Assembly (NCBI GenBank): GCA_002269645.1
Contig: NIVC01000594.1
Coordinates: forward strand, 434,001-498,000
DNA length: 64,000 nt
Origin: Macrostomum lignano
Lineage: Eukaryota
Reading direction: 5' to 3'
Below the pieces are notes generated by a model. That model did not search any database. It had not been told where the DNA came from and saw only the letters and a program-made list of their open reading frames with translations. Positions within the stretch are counted from its first letter, which is position 1, and each line of letters starts with the position of its first letter. This document shows, in pieces, positions 27,335 through 60,117 of this stretch. The position numbers were made by a program, and so were the translations under genes.

Positions 27335-29896
27335 ATGGCAAGGAAAAAGCAAGAAATAGCCCTTCAAAAGGAGCTTAACACGCAAGAAGAATGGGACGAC
27401 GCAATGACGAAGGAAGGTCTTTTGATTGTTGACATTTACCAAGACTGGTGTGGTCCTTGTAAGTCGATCGTTAGCCACTTTAGAAGAATAAAGAACGAGT
27501 CCGGTGAAGATCTTCTTAATTTTGCTGTTGCGAAAGCCGACACAATCGATAGCTTGGATAGGTACAGAGGCAAATGCAAGCCATGCTTTCTATTCTACGG
27601 ATCAGGAACGTTAGTAGAAGTCATTCGCGGAGTCAATCCCCCAGTGCTGGAGAAGAAGATCAAGGCTCATTTGACCAACGAACTCAACGTACTGAAGGGC
27701 GAACCAGGTGCCGAGCGAGTAGAAATCAGAGATCCAGAGTTTAAGCACCTTGATGAAGCTGAGCGACTGGCTAAGCAGAAAGCGGACGAGGAAGAGGAGG
27801 AAGAAGAACTCGAGAGAGAAGTCACGGTTGTGCTCATTAAGCCTGATGCGCAACACAGGATTGACGAAATCATGCAGAGACTGGAGGAACGAGGAATCGA
27901 AATCCTAGAACAGCAAAAGCGAAAACTCACTGACGAAGAGGCCAGGGACTTTTATCGACACTTGGAGGACCAGGAATGGTTCGAGCAGATGATCACCTAC
28001 ATGACGACTGACGAATCCACGGTGTTGGTCATCAGCAAAGGCAACTCTGGTATCATCTCGGAATTCCGTGAAATTCTCGGTCCAGCCAATGTTGAAGAGG
28101 CGAAGGAGACTCAGCCGGAAAGCTTGCGAGCCATGTTCGGCTCAGAGTCATATAAGAATGCCATTCACGCTGCCGACTCTGGTGAAAAGGCAGCGAAGGA
28201 GCTGGAGTTCTTCTTCCCCGAGTTCAAGGTTCCGACTTTTAAAGTTCAGAAAGCCAAGAAGGAGAAGCGCAAAGAGATCGAAAAAACAGTTGCGCTCATT
28301 CGGCCTGACGCCTTCATGGAGTTCAAGGACGAAATCTTGGCCAAGATCAAGGAGGCCGGCTTCGCCATCGCGCTGAGAAAGGAGGTCCAACTGACCAGGG
28401 AGCAAGCGGAAGAGTTCTACTCGGAGAAGAAGGACAGTCCGTTCTTCCCGGAGCTCATCACCAGGATGACCAATGGCCCTGTGCTGGCGCTGGCGCTCGC
28501 TAAGGAGGACGCCATCAAGGAGTGGCGCAACGCTCTCGGCGAGAAGGACCCCAAGGAGGCCAAGCAGACGCATCCGCAGAGCCTCCGAGCGATGTACTCA
28601 AAAGAGGAAATTCAGATCAACCTGCTGCACGGCTCGGACTCGTTTAACTCGGCCAAGAAGGAGCTGGACTTCTTCTTCCCGGTCGAGCAGACCCTGGTGG
28701 TGATCAAGCCGGACGCATACGAGAACCGTCGCGAAATCATTCAGAAGGCCAAAGAGGCCGAATTCCGCATTGCAGCACGCAAGGAGCTGGTGCTCAGTGA
28801 CGAGATGGCGCGCGAGTTCTACAAGAGCCACGCCGAGAAGGAGTACTTCGAAGAGCTGGTGGCTCATATGACCAGCGGCAAGTCGATCTTCCTCGTGCTC
28901 TCCCGCAACGATGCCATTCAGGGCTGGCGAGAGTTGATGGGCCTGCCGGATCCGACCCAGGCCCTGGACAACGACCACTCCATCCGGTCAATCTTCGGCA
29001 AGGACATCAAAGCCAACGCTGTACACGGTTCGAGCAGCAAAGAGCACGCGGCGGCTTCAATCCGTTTGATCTTCGGCGAAATACAGTTCGACCACGATGG
29101 TAAACGAGTTCCAGGAACGGGCGACCTGACAGAAGAAGACGAGCTGGAGACCACTGAGGATGAAGACGCCGAAGGGGAGATGCGCGGTCCGAATGGCGAG
29201 ATCGTTCGAACGGACGCTCAAGCTGCTCAAAAATCTGACGAGGAGGAAGGCGAAGGCGGCGACCACGAGCGAGAGCATGAACACGAAGATCAAGAGGGTG
29301 AGCACGGGGAAGGTGAACAACACGATGAAGGAGAGCACAAGGATGAGCATCACGAGGAACAGAAAGAAGAGCAGCATGAAGAGCAGAAGGAAGAGCAGGA
29401 AGAAGAGCAGAAGGAAGAGCAAAAGGAAGAGCAAAAGGAAGAGCAAAAGGAAGAGCAGGAAGAAGAGCAGCATGAAGAGCAAAAGGAAGAGCAGAAGGAA
29501 GAACAGGAAGAAGAGCAGAAGGAAGAGCAGAAGGAAGAGCAGAAGGAAGAGCAAAAGGAAGAGCAGAAGGAAGAGCAAAAGGAAGAGCAGAAGGAAGAGC
29601 AGAAGGAAGAGCAGAAGGAAGAGCAGAAGGAAGAGCAGCATGAAGAGCAGAAGGAAGAGCAAAAGGAAGAGCAGAAGGAAGAGCAGAAGGAAGAGCAGAA
29701 GGAAGAGCAGCATGAAGAGCAGAAGGAAGAGCAAAAGGAAGAGCAGAAGGAAGAGCAGAAGGAAGAGCAGAAGGAAGAGCAGAACCAAGCGCAGAAAGAA
29801 GAACAAAAGGACGAACAAAAGGACGAGCCGAAAGAAGAGCAAAAGGACGACGGGTCGAAGGATGGGCAGAAAGACGGAGAACAACCAACAGCATAA
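27335..29896 (+). CDS. NME8: Thioredoxin domain + three NDP-kinase-like domains (NME8/NME9/TXNDC3; outer-arm dynein IC1-type) with acidic EEQK tail, 853 aa, intronless
   Basis: True ATG at 27335 (MARKKQEIALQ, cf. NME9 MGSRKKEIALQ); WCGPC; three T(V/L)xxIKPD/RPD...H(G/A)(S/A)DS-type repeats (NAIHAADS, NLLHGSDS, NAVHGSSS); single uninterrupted ORF. NME8 versus NME9 orthology is uncertain, but three NDK domains fit NME8/IC1. Confidence 0.9.
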   Translation: MARKKQEIALQKELNTQEEWDDAMTKEGLLIVDIYQDWCGPCKSIVSHFRRIKNESGEDLLNFAVAKADTIDSLDRYRGKCKPCFLFYGSGTLVEVIRGVNPPVLEKKIKAHLTNELNVLKGEPGAERVEIRDPEFKHLDEAERLAKQKADEEEEEEELEREVTVVLIKPDAQHRIDEIMQRLEERGIEILEQQKRKLTDEEARDFYRHLEDQEWFEQMITYMTTDESTVLVISKGNSGIISEFREILGPANVEEAKETQPESLRAMFGSESYKNAIHAADSGEKAAKELEFFFPEFKVPTFKVQKAKKEKRKEIEKTVALIRPDAFMEFKDEILAKIKEAGFAIALRKEVQLTREQAEEFYSEKKDSPFFPELITRMTNGPVLALALAKEDAIKEWRNALGEKDPKEAKQTHPQSLRAMYSKEEIQINLLHGSDSFNSAKKELDFFFPVEQTLVVIKPDAYENRREIIQKAKEAEFRIAARKELVLSDEMAREFYKSHAEKEYFEELVAHMTSGKSIFLVLSRNDAIQGWRELMGLPDPTQALDNDHSIRSIFGKDIKANAVHGSSSKEHAAASIRLIFGEIQFDHDGKRVPGTGDLTEEDELETTEDEDAEGEMRGPNGEIVRTDAQAAQKSDEEEGEGGDHEREHEHEDQEGEHGEGEQHDEGEHKDEHHEEQKEEQHEEQKEEQEEEQKEEQKEEQKEEQKEEQEEEQHEEQKEEQKEEQEEEQKEEQKEEQKEEQKEEQKEEQKEEQKEEQKEEQKEEQKEEQHEEQKEEQKEEQKEEQKEEQKEEQHEEQKEEQKEEQKEEQKEEQKEEQNQAQKEEQKDEQKDEPKEEQKDDGSKDGQKDGEQPTA
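29345..29845 (+). repeat. Coding 12-bp minisatellite (CAGAAGGAAGAG)n encoding about 40 EEQK tetrads
   Basis: Inside the NME8-like ORF. Confidence 0.95.
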
Positions 29897-30943
29897 AATG
29901 AATATCAGAAATATGCACAAAGCTTTTTATTACAACAAACTTTTTAAATTGCCTACTTCTGGTTCGAAACAAAATTTATTCTTGCTGATGCTCTGAAAAG
30001 TTTTAACGTTGCTAAAAAATGCGTGCGTATATCATGCCCTTAAATGTCTGAATTTTCTATTTCCTATGATGCGTACAGTTCGCGGTGACTTTGACTATAA
30101 TTTACCGATTTATTTATTTCGTTATTGCTTCAAATTGCTTTTGTCGTGCTAAGAACAATTTTAAAGAAGACTGCGATAAAAAATAAACATTTGATTTTCA
30201 TAAGTTACGAGTATATAGTTAATAGTAAAACATTTTTTGTTATTTTGAACCGTGTCTCGAAAGTTACGTCGACAAAAGCAGAGGGTATATCATGCGCTGA
30301 TACTCGTACACATTTACATACATATGAAAAAAATCTGTGTATGAAAAAGATGAACTGTTGATATTTACAATTAGCTAGCTCGTATATTGCAAATTCCAGC
30401 TTTCCAACAAAATAAAATAAAAATCTGTGATTTAAACTAGCTTACTAGTTATTCTATTCCAAGAATAAAATCTATATTTAAATCGTACCTAACTTATCCT
30501 CTACAGGTATAATTAAATTCTGCAAATATATTCTCTGTAGTCATGGTAAATAGTAAGTTTCTTTTTGCAGAAAAAACCAAAAATGAATACAGTTCGTAAT
30601 AATAACCATTTCTACATGTATGAACTTTTAATAAAATAAATTATACACATGTATATATGAAGGCATGCTTATAGTTTAACAAAATGAAAAATACAAATTG
30701 AGCAATAAGTTTGAAGTTTAAATAATCAAAAATGTATAGTTCGAAATTAATCCAATGAATAATTTCATGTTTTAAATTTCCGGTGTTAGGACCAGACGTG
30801 ACTTTTCATTTTGATTTTAAGTAGGTTTCTCCAGTAAAAATTGCATATTTATTTTGCAATCGTAGCTGGAAAATCAATACTTTGTTTCTTATTATTTTAC
30901 GCGAATAATTTGTTAAAGTCTTCTTCTTCTTCCCCACAATGAA

Positions 30944-33900
30944 TCAACGAGTCGCAGGCTTCTCCGCGTCCGTCTCCCGATCCGTTAGGTCAGTTTTGCT
31001 TGTTCTATCGAAAGGTTTCGGAAACAGAATTTTGACGGCCAATTCCGATGAGCTGCTAATCCTAACCGGATGGAAAGTGCAGCACAGGTTGCGGTGGATT
31101 ATCATGATAGCGCCAGTTACAGGCCTGTCGTCAACTTTAGAAGACGAATGGAATGAAATGAGCGCATTGTTGGGGCCCTCAACGGTGGGGCAGCGTTGGC
31201 CAATCCAGTCAATGTCGCCCGTTTTTACCACTGCAACGAGGCCGTTCCACTGCAGGAACAGTCGAAGGTTTCGGTACTCTGCAATTTTGGGTTTGGGGTT
31301 TGGTTTTTGTCTTTCCACTCGATTTTCTCTCACCCCTCTCAACTATCACGTCGTTGTGTGCCTGCCTCAATACTTCTCTTTCCTCCCTCTATCTTAACCC
31401 TCTTTCCTCCCTCTATCCTCCCTCTATCCTCCCTCTATCTTAACCCTCTTTCCTCCCTCTATCCTCCCTCTATCCTCCCTCTATCCTCCCTCTATCTTAA
31501 CCCTCTTTCCTCCCTCTATCCTCCCTCTATCCTCCCTCTATCCTCCCTCTATCCTCCCTCTTTCCTCCCTCTATCCTCCCTCTATCCTCCCTCTATCCTC
31601 CCTCTATCCTCCCTCTATCCTCCCTCTATCCTCCCTCTATCCTCCCTCTATCCTCCCTCTATCCTCCCTCTATCCTCCCTCTATCCTCCCTCTATCCTCC
31701 CTCTATCCTCCCTCTATCCTCCCTCTATCCTCCCTCTATCCTCCTTCTATTCTCCCTCTTTCCTCCCTCTTTCCTCCCTCTTTCCTCCCTCTTTCCTCCC
31801 TCTTTCCTCCCTCTTTCCTCCCTCTTTCCTCCCTCTTTCCTCCCTCTTTCCTCCCTCTTTCCTCCCTCTTTCCTCCCTCTTTCCTCCCTCTTTCCTCCCT
31901 CTTTCCTCCCTCTTTCCTCCCTCTTTCCTCCCTCTTTCCTCCCTCTTTCCTCCCTCTTTCCTCCCTCTTTCCTCCCTCTTTCCTCCCTCTTTCCTCCCTC
32001 TTTCCTCCCTCTTTCCTCCCTCTTTCCTCCCTCTTTCCTCCCTCTTTCCTCCCTCTTTCCTCCCTCTTTCCTCCCTCTTTCCTCCCTCTTTCCTCCCTCT
32101 TTCCTCCCTCTTTCCTCCCTCTTTCCTCCCTCTTTCCTCCCTCTTTCCTCCCTCTTTCCTCCCTCTTTCCTCCCTCTTTCCTCCCTCTTTCCTCCCTCTT
32201 TCCTCCCTCTTTCCTCCCTCTTTCCTCCCTCTTTCCTCCCTCTTTCCTCCCTCTTTCCTCCCTCTTTCCTCCCTCTTTCCTCCCTCTTTCCTCCCTCTTT
32301 CCTCCCTCTTTCCTCCCTCTTTCCTCCCTCTATCCCCCCTCTATCCCCCTCTATCCCCCCTCTATCCCCCTCTATCCCCCTCTATCCTTCTTCTATCCTT
32401 CCTCTATCCTCCCAGCTCACCCTCAATCTCCAGCTCCCTATCCCAGTCCTGGAAGCGCAGCAGAGTCTCAGTGCTCAGCCTGTTCGGCAAGTAGGAGAGC
32501 CGGTTACTGGACTGGGAGCAAGTGGTCCTTGGCCTGTCCACAACCTCGTAGTCGATGAGAAATCCGCGAGACAAAGAGAGCGACGAGCAGGATAGAAAGT
32601 ACACATCGCCAACCAGGGCGGCCAGTGGCAGGTATTTAAATAGCAGCACGAGGTCGCGATACAGGTATCCGCTGAACTGCTCACAGCCTGCGGTGAATTC
32701 ATTGGAGGAAATGAAGCTTGTGATGGGGCGCCCTCTTTGTCAGCGCCTTCTCTGATGGCGCCTTCTATGTTGGCGCCTTTTATGTTTGGCGCCTTTTTAT
32801 GTTTGGCGCCTTTTATGTTTGGCGCCTTTTATGTTGGAAGCCAGTTTTATGTTTGGCGCCTTTTATGTTTGGCGCCTTTTATGTTGGCGCCATTTATGTT
32901 TGGCGCCTTTTATGTTTGGCGCCTTTTTATGTTTGGCCCCTTTTTATGTTTGGCGCCTTTTATGTTTGGCGCCTTTTATGTTTGGCGCCTTTTATGTTTG
33001 GCGCCTTTTATGTTTGGCGTCTTTTATGTTTGGCGCCTTTTATTTCGGTGCCTTTTATGTTGGCGCTGGTGATGTCGCTGCTAACTCTTTCGCTGTTGGT
33101 GTTATGGTGCATTCTTGAGAGAACACCCAAAATTGAATAAATAAATTTTTTGTTTAATACACATAAATTTACTTTTGTGGCTTGCGAAAATTGTATCGAA
33201 CAAATGGCATGTTTGATTTTAAATTTAAATGTCATGCAGAAGTTAGTTTCCCGTTATTTTGATTTTAAAGTAATTACATGGATATGAATGAAAGGAATAA
33301 ACATGATTAAAACAAAATCAGGTCCGGTTAAAAAATAGGTTTACTCCCTCTATGAGTCTATTCCCTCTATCCTCCCTCCATCCTTCCTTTATCCTTCCTT
33401 TGTACTCCCTCTATCCTCTGTCTCTCCTCTCTACTCTATCCTCTCTCTATCCTCCCTCTATCCTCCCTCTATCCTCCCTCTATCCTCTCTCTATCCTCTC
33501 TCTATCCTCTCTCTATCCTCCCTCTATCCTCTCTCTATCCTCTCTCTATCCTCCCTCTATCCTCCCTCTATCCTCTCTCTATCCTCTCTCTATCCTCCCT
33601 CTATCCTCCCTCTATCCTCCCTCTATCCTCCCTCTATCCTCTCTCTATCCTCCCTCTATCCTCTCTCTATCCTCTCTCTATCCTTCTGAAGCTTCCTGAA
33701 AACAAGTCCCAGCTAAAAGCCGAGCACAGAGGAAGCAACTCACAGACGTCCATGAGCCCCATCTCAGCGGCGCAGTGCTCGCACTCGCTCAGGCCTCGCA
33801 GTACAATGATATTATTGGGGTAGACAATTTTAAACAGCAACAACATCTGCAGTACATTGAGCTGCACCTGGCCCTGCACGTTAACATACAAATAGTTGCC

Positions 33901-34176
33901 AAGGAACACGTAGGTGGTGCTGCTGGGCCAGCCGTACTGCCGGAAAATGGCCAACAGGTCTCCCAGGTTGCCGTGCAGCTTGCCAACAACTCTACAGCCG
34001 ACGCTGGACTTCAACTCCAGCAGCGAGGGCTCCAGACGAAAGATAGCGACGGCGCGTTTGACAATCTGGCTGAAATCCACGCTGGTCAGCGTCTCGCCGT
34101 TTATGAGGCGCTCAGCTGACAGACCGGCCCATTCCTGACAGCTGCTCAAGGCGGTGCGAACCTTCATCGCTGACAT
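30944..34176 (-). CDS. PP1/PPP-family serine/threonine phosphatase-like protein with degenerate catalytic motifs (pseudophosphatase), about 344 aa, 3 exons
   Basis: Exons 34176-33744, 32687-32421, 31278-30944 (phases 1,1; 1035 nt). Collinear with PP1: EPSLLEL, GKLHG (GDIHG), YVFLGNY (YLFLGDY), FKIVYPNNIIVLRGLSE (YKIKYPENFFLLRGNHE), LPLAALVG (LPIAAIVD), TGAIMIIHRNLCCTF (AGAMMSVDETLMCSF). Confidence 0.85.
31375..32410. repeat. Intronic 11-bp pyrimidine minisatellite (CCTCCCTCTAT)n then (CCTCCCTCTTT)n
   Basis: Direct reading; intron 2 of the PP1-like gene. Confidence 0.95.
32745..33065. repeat. Intronic 16-bp minisatellite TTTGGCGCCTTTTATG
   Basis: About 19 units; intron 1 of the PP1-like gene. 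Confidence 0.93.
33355..33685. repeat. Intronic 11-bp minisatellite CCTC(C/T)CTCTAT
   Basis: Same family as 31375-32410. Confidence 0.9.
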
Positions 34177-35362
34177 TCTCGACTGTTAATGATTTCTATT
34201 CCAGTTGATATATTGATTGGCTCTTGAAGCTGATTTTTAAACAAAAATTATTGAAATTATTTCTTTTTTTGCTGCTTTGAAATTACCGGTAAATCAGAGC
34301 ATACTTGCTGATTGCTATGAGGCCGATTTTTACCATAGACTGTCGGTTCTGTTAGATCAAGGACTGCTATAAATAGCGTCTATTTTTTACTAGTCCCGAG
34401 GGCAATGGTTCCCACGCCCGGGGCTTTCTAAGAAATGATGTTTTTGCTAGGAAATTTTAACAAATAATTTGTTAGTGCCGACTTACGAATAATTACGCTT
34501 AATCTACAGAAAATACATTTCTGCGTTACTGTCAGTAGTCCAGTGGGCGAAAAAATATGTAAAAAAGTATACACAGCGGAAATTAGGAGATTAGGTGAGA
34601 AATTTAAAATGGGCCACCCTTTGAGCTGAGCAGGAATCTGCGCGTGACTGACGGGTTTACAATCAACAAATAACTTTTAAAATTTTTATTTTAGCGGCAT
34701 AAAAACAAACAATTGAATTTCAAGCAGATAAACAATAAGGTCACTTCCGAATCGACTCTGTACCAAAGTTCATTCCGTATTTTATATTTTTAATATTTGC
34801 ATGCAGAAATATGAGCAGATCTTCTAATAACGACATTCGATGAAAATATTCAGGTTTGGAGTGAAGTTGAAACAAATATAAATACCATTGTGCCGCTGCT
34901 AGTTCTTAATTCTCTGGCGCATTTTTTGAAAATTATGTTACTAATGGGATCAGTTTCGGGGTTATAAATCATACATAGCACAGTTAATGGCTTTATTAGC
35001 TTTCAACCTACTCGTATCTTTTAATACAGAGCATCATTTTTTAAAATACTTTTAGTTTATGACTTATTTTAAGCCTCATCACATGAGACTGAAGTGTTGT
35101 TTTAGACTTTTAAACAAATTAAAAGTAAAATTTCAACAATAATGGGGAAACTAATTAAAAAAATGATTAATTGAACCAAAGTTAAACTTTAATTTAAAAA
35201 TAAACTTAAATAAATTAAAAATTAAACCTTAGAAACTAATTTAAATAAAAAAAATTATTTCAAATAATAATTTAAAAGATTAAATTTTTTAGAACTAATT
35301 TAAACAAAATTTACACAATTAATTTCAACAAAATAGTTTTAATTGGTTCAAAATCAAGCGCC

Positions 35363-56380
<21,018 letters not shown>

Positions 56381-56829
56381 TCCAAACGACTGCCATGAAG
56401 CATTGCCTGATGCCAGCTCTGGAAATTGTTGTCTAAAGGAAATTTTTTGGCTTTCAAAAACTGATCAGTTGTTCGGCTACTGAGATCGGTAGGGACGCGG
56501 ACTTCTGGCTTCTGTGGAATTCTTTACAGAATGGCGCGCATGGACCAAGACAGACGGCGAGTTGGGAAATTTTATTAGCTGGTTTGGCGAATTCTCATTG
56601 GCTGAGGGGTTCGAAAATTTGCCACTGTTGCATGAACTGGACAGACAAATCAGGGGAACTTCAGTGCAGCCTCAGTGGAGCCAAGGTTTTTTTTAGCATT
56701 GGCGCCAGAATCGGATTATGATTGGCGCCAAGATTTGACAGCATTTGGCAACAATTTTTTTTGCGATCAGCGCCCAGAATTGGTTTGTAATTAGCGACAA
56801 TTTTTGCGACCAGCGCGAAGATTGATTGT

Positions 56830-57418
56830 TGGCGCCAGAATTGGTTTTCAATTGGCGCCAGAATTGGTTTGCAATTGGCGCCAGAATTGGTTTTCAATTG
56901 GCGCCAGAATTGGTTTTCAATTGGCGCCAGAATTGGTTTTCAATTGGCGCCAGAATTGGTTTGCAGTTGGCGCCAGAATTGGTTTTCAATTGGCGCCAGA
57001 ATTGGTTTTCAATTGGTGCCAGAATTGGTTTTCAATTGGTGCCAGAATTGGTTTGCAATTGGCGCCAGAATTGGTTTGCAATTGGTGCCAGAATTGGTTT
57101 GCAATTGGCGCCAGAATTGGTTTGCAATTGGTGCCAGAATTAGTTTTCAATTGGCGCCAGAATTAGTTTGCAATTGGCGCCAGAATTGGTTTGCAATTGG
57201 TGCCAGAATTGGTTTGCAATTGGCGCCAGAATTGGTTTGCAATTGGTGCCAGAATTAGTTTTCAATTGGCGCCAGAATTAGTTTGCAATTGGCGCCAGAA
57301 TTGGTTTGCAATTGGCGCCAGAATTGGTTTGCAATTGGCGCCAGAATTGGTTTGCAATTGGCGCCAGAATTCGTTTGCAATTGGCGCCAGAATTATTTTG
57401 CAGTTGGCGCCAGAATTG
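56830..57418. repeat. 23-bp minisatellite AATTGGCGCCAGAATTGGTTT(T/G)C
   Basis: About 26 units upstream of the Neto start. Confidence 0.95.
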
Positions 57419-57834
57419 ATTTGTGATTAGCGACAGTTTAGCTTAAAAACCGGCCATATTTTAGCAGAGGTCTCTCATCCGACAGACAGACGGGGCACAT
57501 AGAACTTGATTACGGCAGCCAGCCATATTTTAATTTAAAATTTTTGCTTCCATTCAAATACTCTCTAAAATTTAAATTCGACTGCCTACCTAATTTTGTC
57601 TCAAGATGATCACGGATTGAGAAATTTTCTACATTTAAACCGCGGTATTGGCGTTAGGGGAGTTTCTTGGAAAGAATCTGAAATTATTCTGAGAAATCTT
57701 TCAGAGAGGGTGATAATCTTTTTTTAATTTGTTTGTAACAGGAATGCATAGGATCTTCTGACTATGCAAGGAACTGGATTTTGTAAAAGTACACGCAAAG
57801 GCATATGAAAACAAAAAATTACAATGTTTGATAT

Positions 57835-58488
57835 TAGAGTCACACTGTTAGATATTGGAGAGTCACACTGTTAGATATTGGAGAGTCACACTGTTAGATA
57901 CTGGAGAGTCCCACTGTTAGATATTGGAGAGTCACACTGTTAGATATTAGAGAGTCACACTGTTAGATATTAGAGAGTCACACTGTTAGATATTGGAGAG
58001 TCACACTGTTAGATATTGGAGAGTCACACTGTTAGATATTAAAGAGTCACACTGTTAGATATTGGAGATTCACACTGTTAGATATTGGAGAGTCACACTG
58101 TTAGATATTGGAGAGTCACACTGTTAGATATTGAAGAGTCACACTGTTAGATATTAGAGAGTCACACTGTTAGATATTGGAGAGTCACACTGTTAGATAT
58201 TAAAGAGTCACACTGTTAGATATTAAAGAGTCTCACTGTTAGATATTGGAGAGTCACACTGTTAGATATAGGAGAGTCACACTGTTAGATATAGGAGAGT
58301 CACACTGTTAGATATAGGAGAGTCACACAGTTAGATATTGGAGATTCACACTGTTAGATATTGGAGAGTCACACTGTTAGATATAGGAGAGTCACACAGT
58401 TAGATATTGGAGGGTCACACTGTTAGATATAGGAGTGTCACACAGTTAGATATTGGAGGGTCACACTGTTAGATATAAGAGAGTTAGA
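57835..58488. repeat. 23-bp minisatellite GAGAGTCACACTGTTAGATATTG
   Basis: About 28 units. Confidence 0.95.
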
Positions 58489-59034
58489 CAATGTTAGACA
58501 ATTATCTAAAAGAGAATTAAATCTGAAAACAATAAAGACATTTTCACCAATAGCTGCTAAGCGAAGAAGGTTAACCTGTTTAATGTAATTTGTAATTGTA
58601 CAGAAAGTGCAAACGCCAAGTTCATAGTAAACTTAAAAGTGCATCGCAAGACAAACAGACAATATCCATGTGCCATGACTGTACTGCGACGAAATAAAAA
58701 CGCAATTTTATTACTATAATTAGGTATTACGCATTTTCTAAGCTAAAAATAGGCAAAATTAGCATTCGCTTACTATAAGTAGCATGGTTGGAAACTTAAA
58801 CAAAGCAAAGAGGAAAAATTAAACAAAAAAAACTGAAATATAACTGGCCATTTTTTTAAAATGAACTTTTTATAAGCGAAACTGTGACAGATCGGAGAGG
58901 CAAAGTATTTCGAAAATTCGGTCGAGCGCTGCAGTTCTGATAGAAATACAGAAGCATAAGCTGAGTAAAACAAATTCCTGGCTAACGAAAAGGATAATAA
59001 TTAAGAGAGAAACTGCCTAACATCAACCTCAAAG

Positions 59035-59942
59035 TCTCACCCTTAATGAGATTATCGATTTCTTAACATCTCACCCCTAAGGAGATGATCGATTTATCAA
59101 AATCTCTGCATCCCTAAGGAGATTATTGATTTCTTAAAATCTCTGCATCCCTAATGAGATTATTGATTTCTCAAAATCTCTGCATCCCTAATGAGATTAT
59201 TGATTTCTCAAAATCTCACCCCTAATGAGATTATCGATTTCTCAAAATCTCACCCAATGAGATTATCGATTTCTGTAAATCTCACCCCTGTTGAGATTAT
59301 CGATCTCTCAAAATCTCACCCTAATGAGATTATCGATTTCTGTAAATCTCAGCCCTGTTCAGATTATCGATTTCTGTAAATCTCACCCCTGTTTTTCATC
59401 GATTTTTCATAATCTCACCCCTAATCAGATAATCGATTTTTCATAATCTCACCCCTAATGAGTTTATCGATTTTTCTAAATCTCACCCTAATGAGGTTAT
59501 CGATTTCTCTAAATCTCACCCTAATGAGATCATCGATTTTAAAAATCTCACCCTAATGAGATTATCGATTTCTCTAAATCTCACCCCTGATGAGATCATC
59601 GATTTCTCAAAATCTCACCCTAATGAGATCATCGATTTTAAAAATCTCACCCTAATGAGATTATCGATTTCTCAAAATCTCACCCTAATGAGATTATCGA
59701 TTTCTCAAAATCTCACCCTAATGAGATTATCGATTTCTCAAAATCTCACCCTAATGAGATTATCGATTTCTCTAAATCTCACCCTAATGAGATTATCGAT
59801 TTCTTTAAATCTCACCCTAAGGAGATTATCGATTTCTCTAAATCTCACCCCTGTTAAAATCATCGATTTCTCAAAATCTCATTCTAATGAGATCATCGAT
59901 TTTTCATAATCTCATCCCTAATGAGTTTATCGATTTCTCAAA
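59035..59942. repeat. 33-bp minisatellite AAAATCTCACCCTAATGAGATTATCGATTTCTC
   Basis: Period 33 (59641 to 59674); about 27 units. Confidence 0.93.
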
Positions 59943-60117
59943 GTCCCACTTTTCTCGTCCCTAGTACCTTACTTACTACTGACTGGGGCCGCGAGGCCCC
60001 TATCGCAACCCCAAGGTAAAAGAGCACAAGGATTAGGGATTATATCTTGAAGATCTGCACTTTAATAATGCTGCAGAGCAGTCGCGCAGAGGCAGCTGAG
60101 TTCAGTCAGATCCCTAA

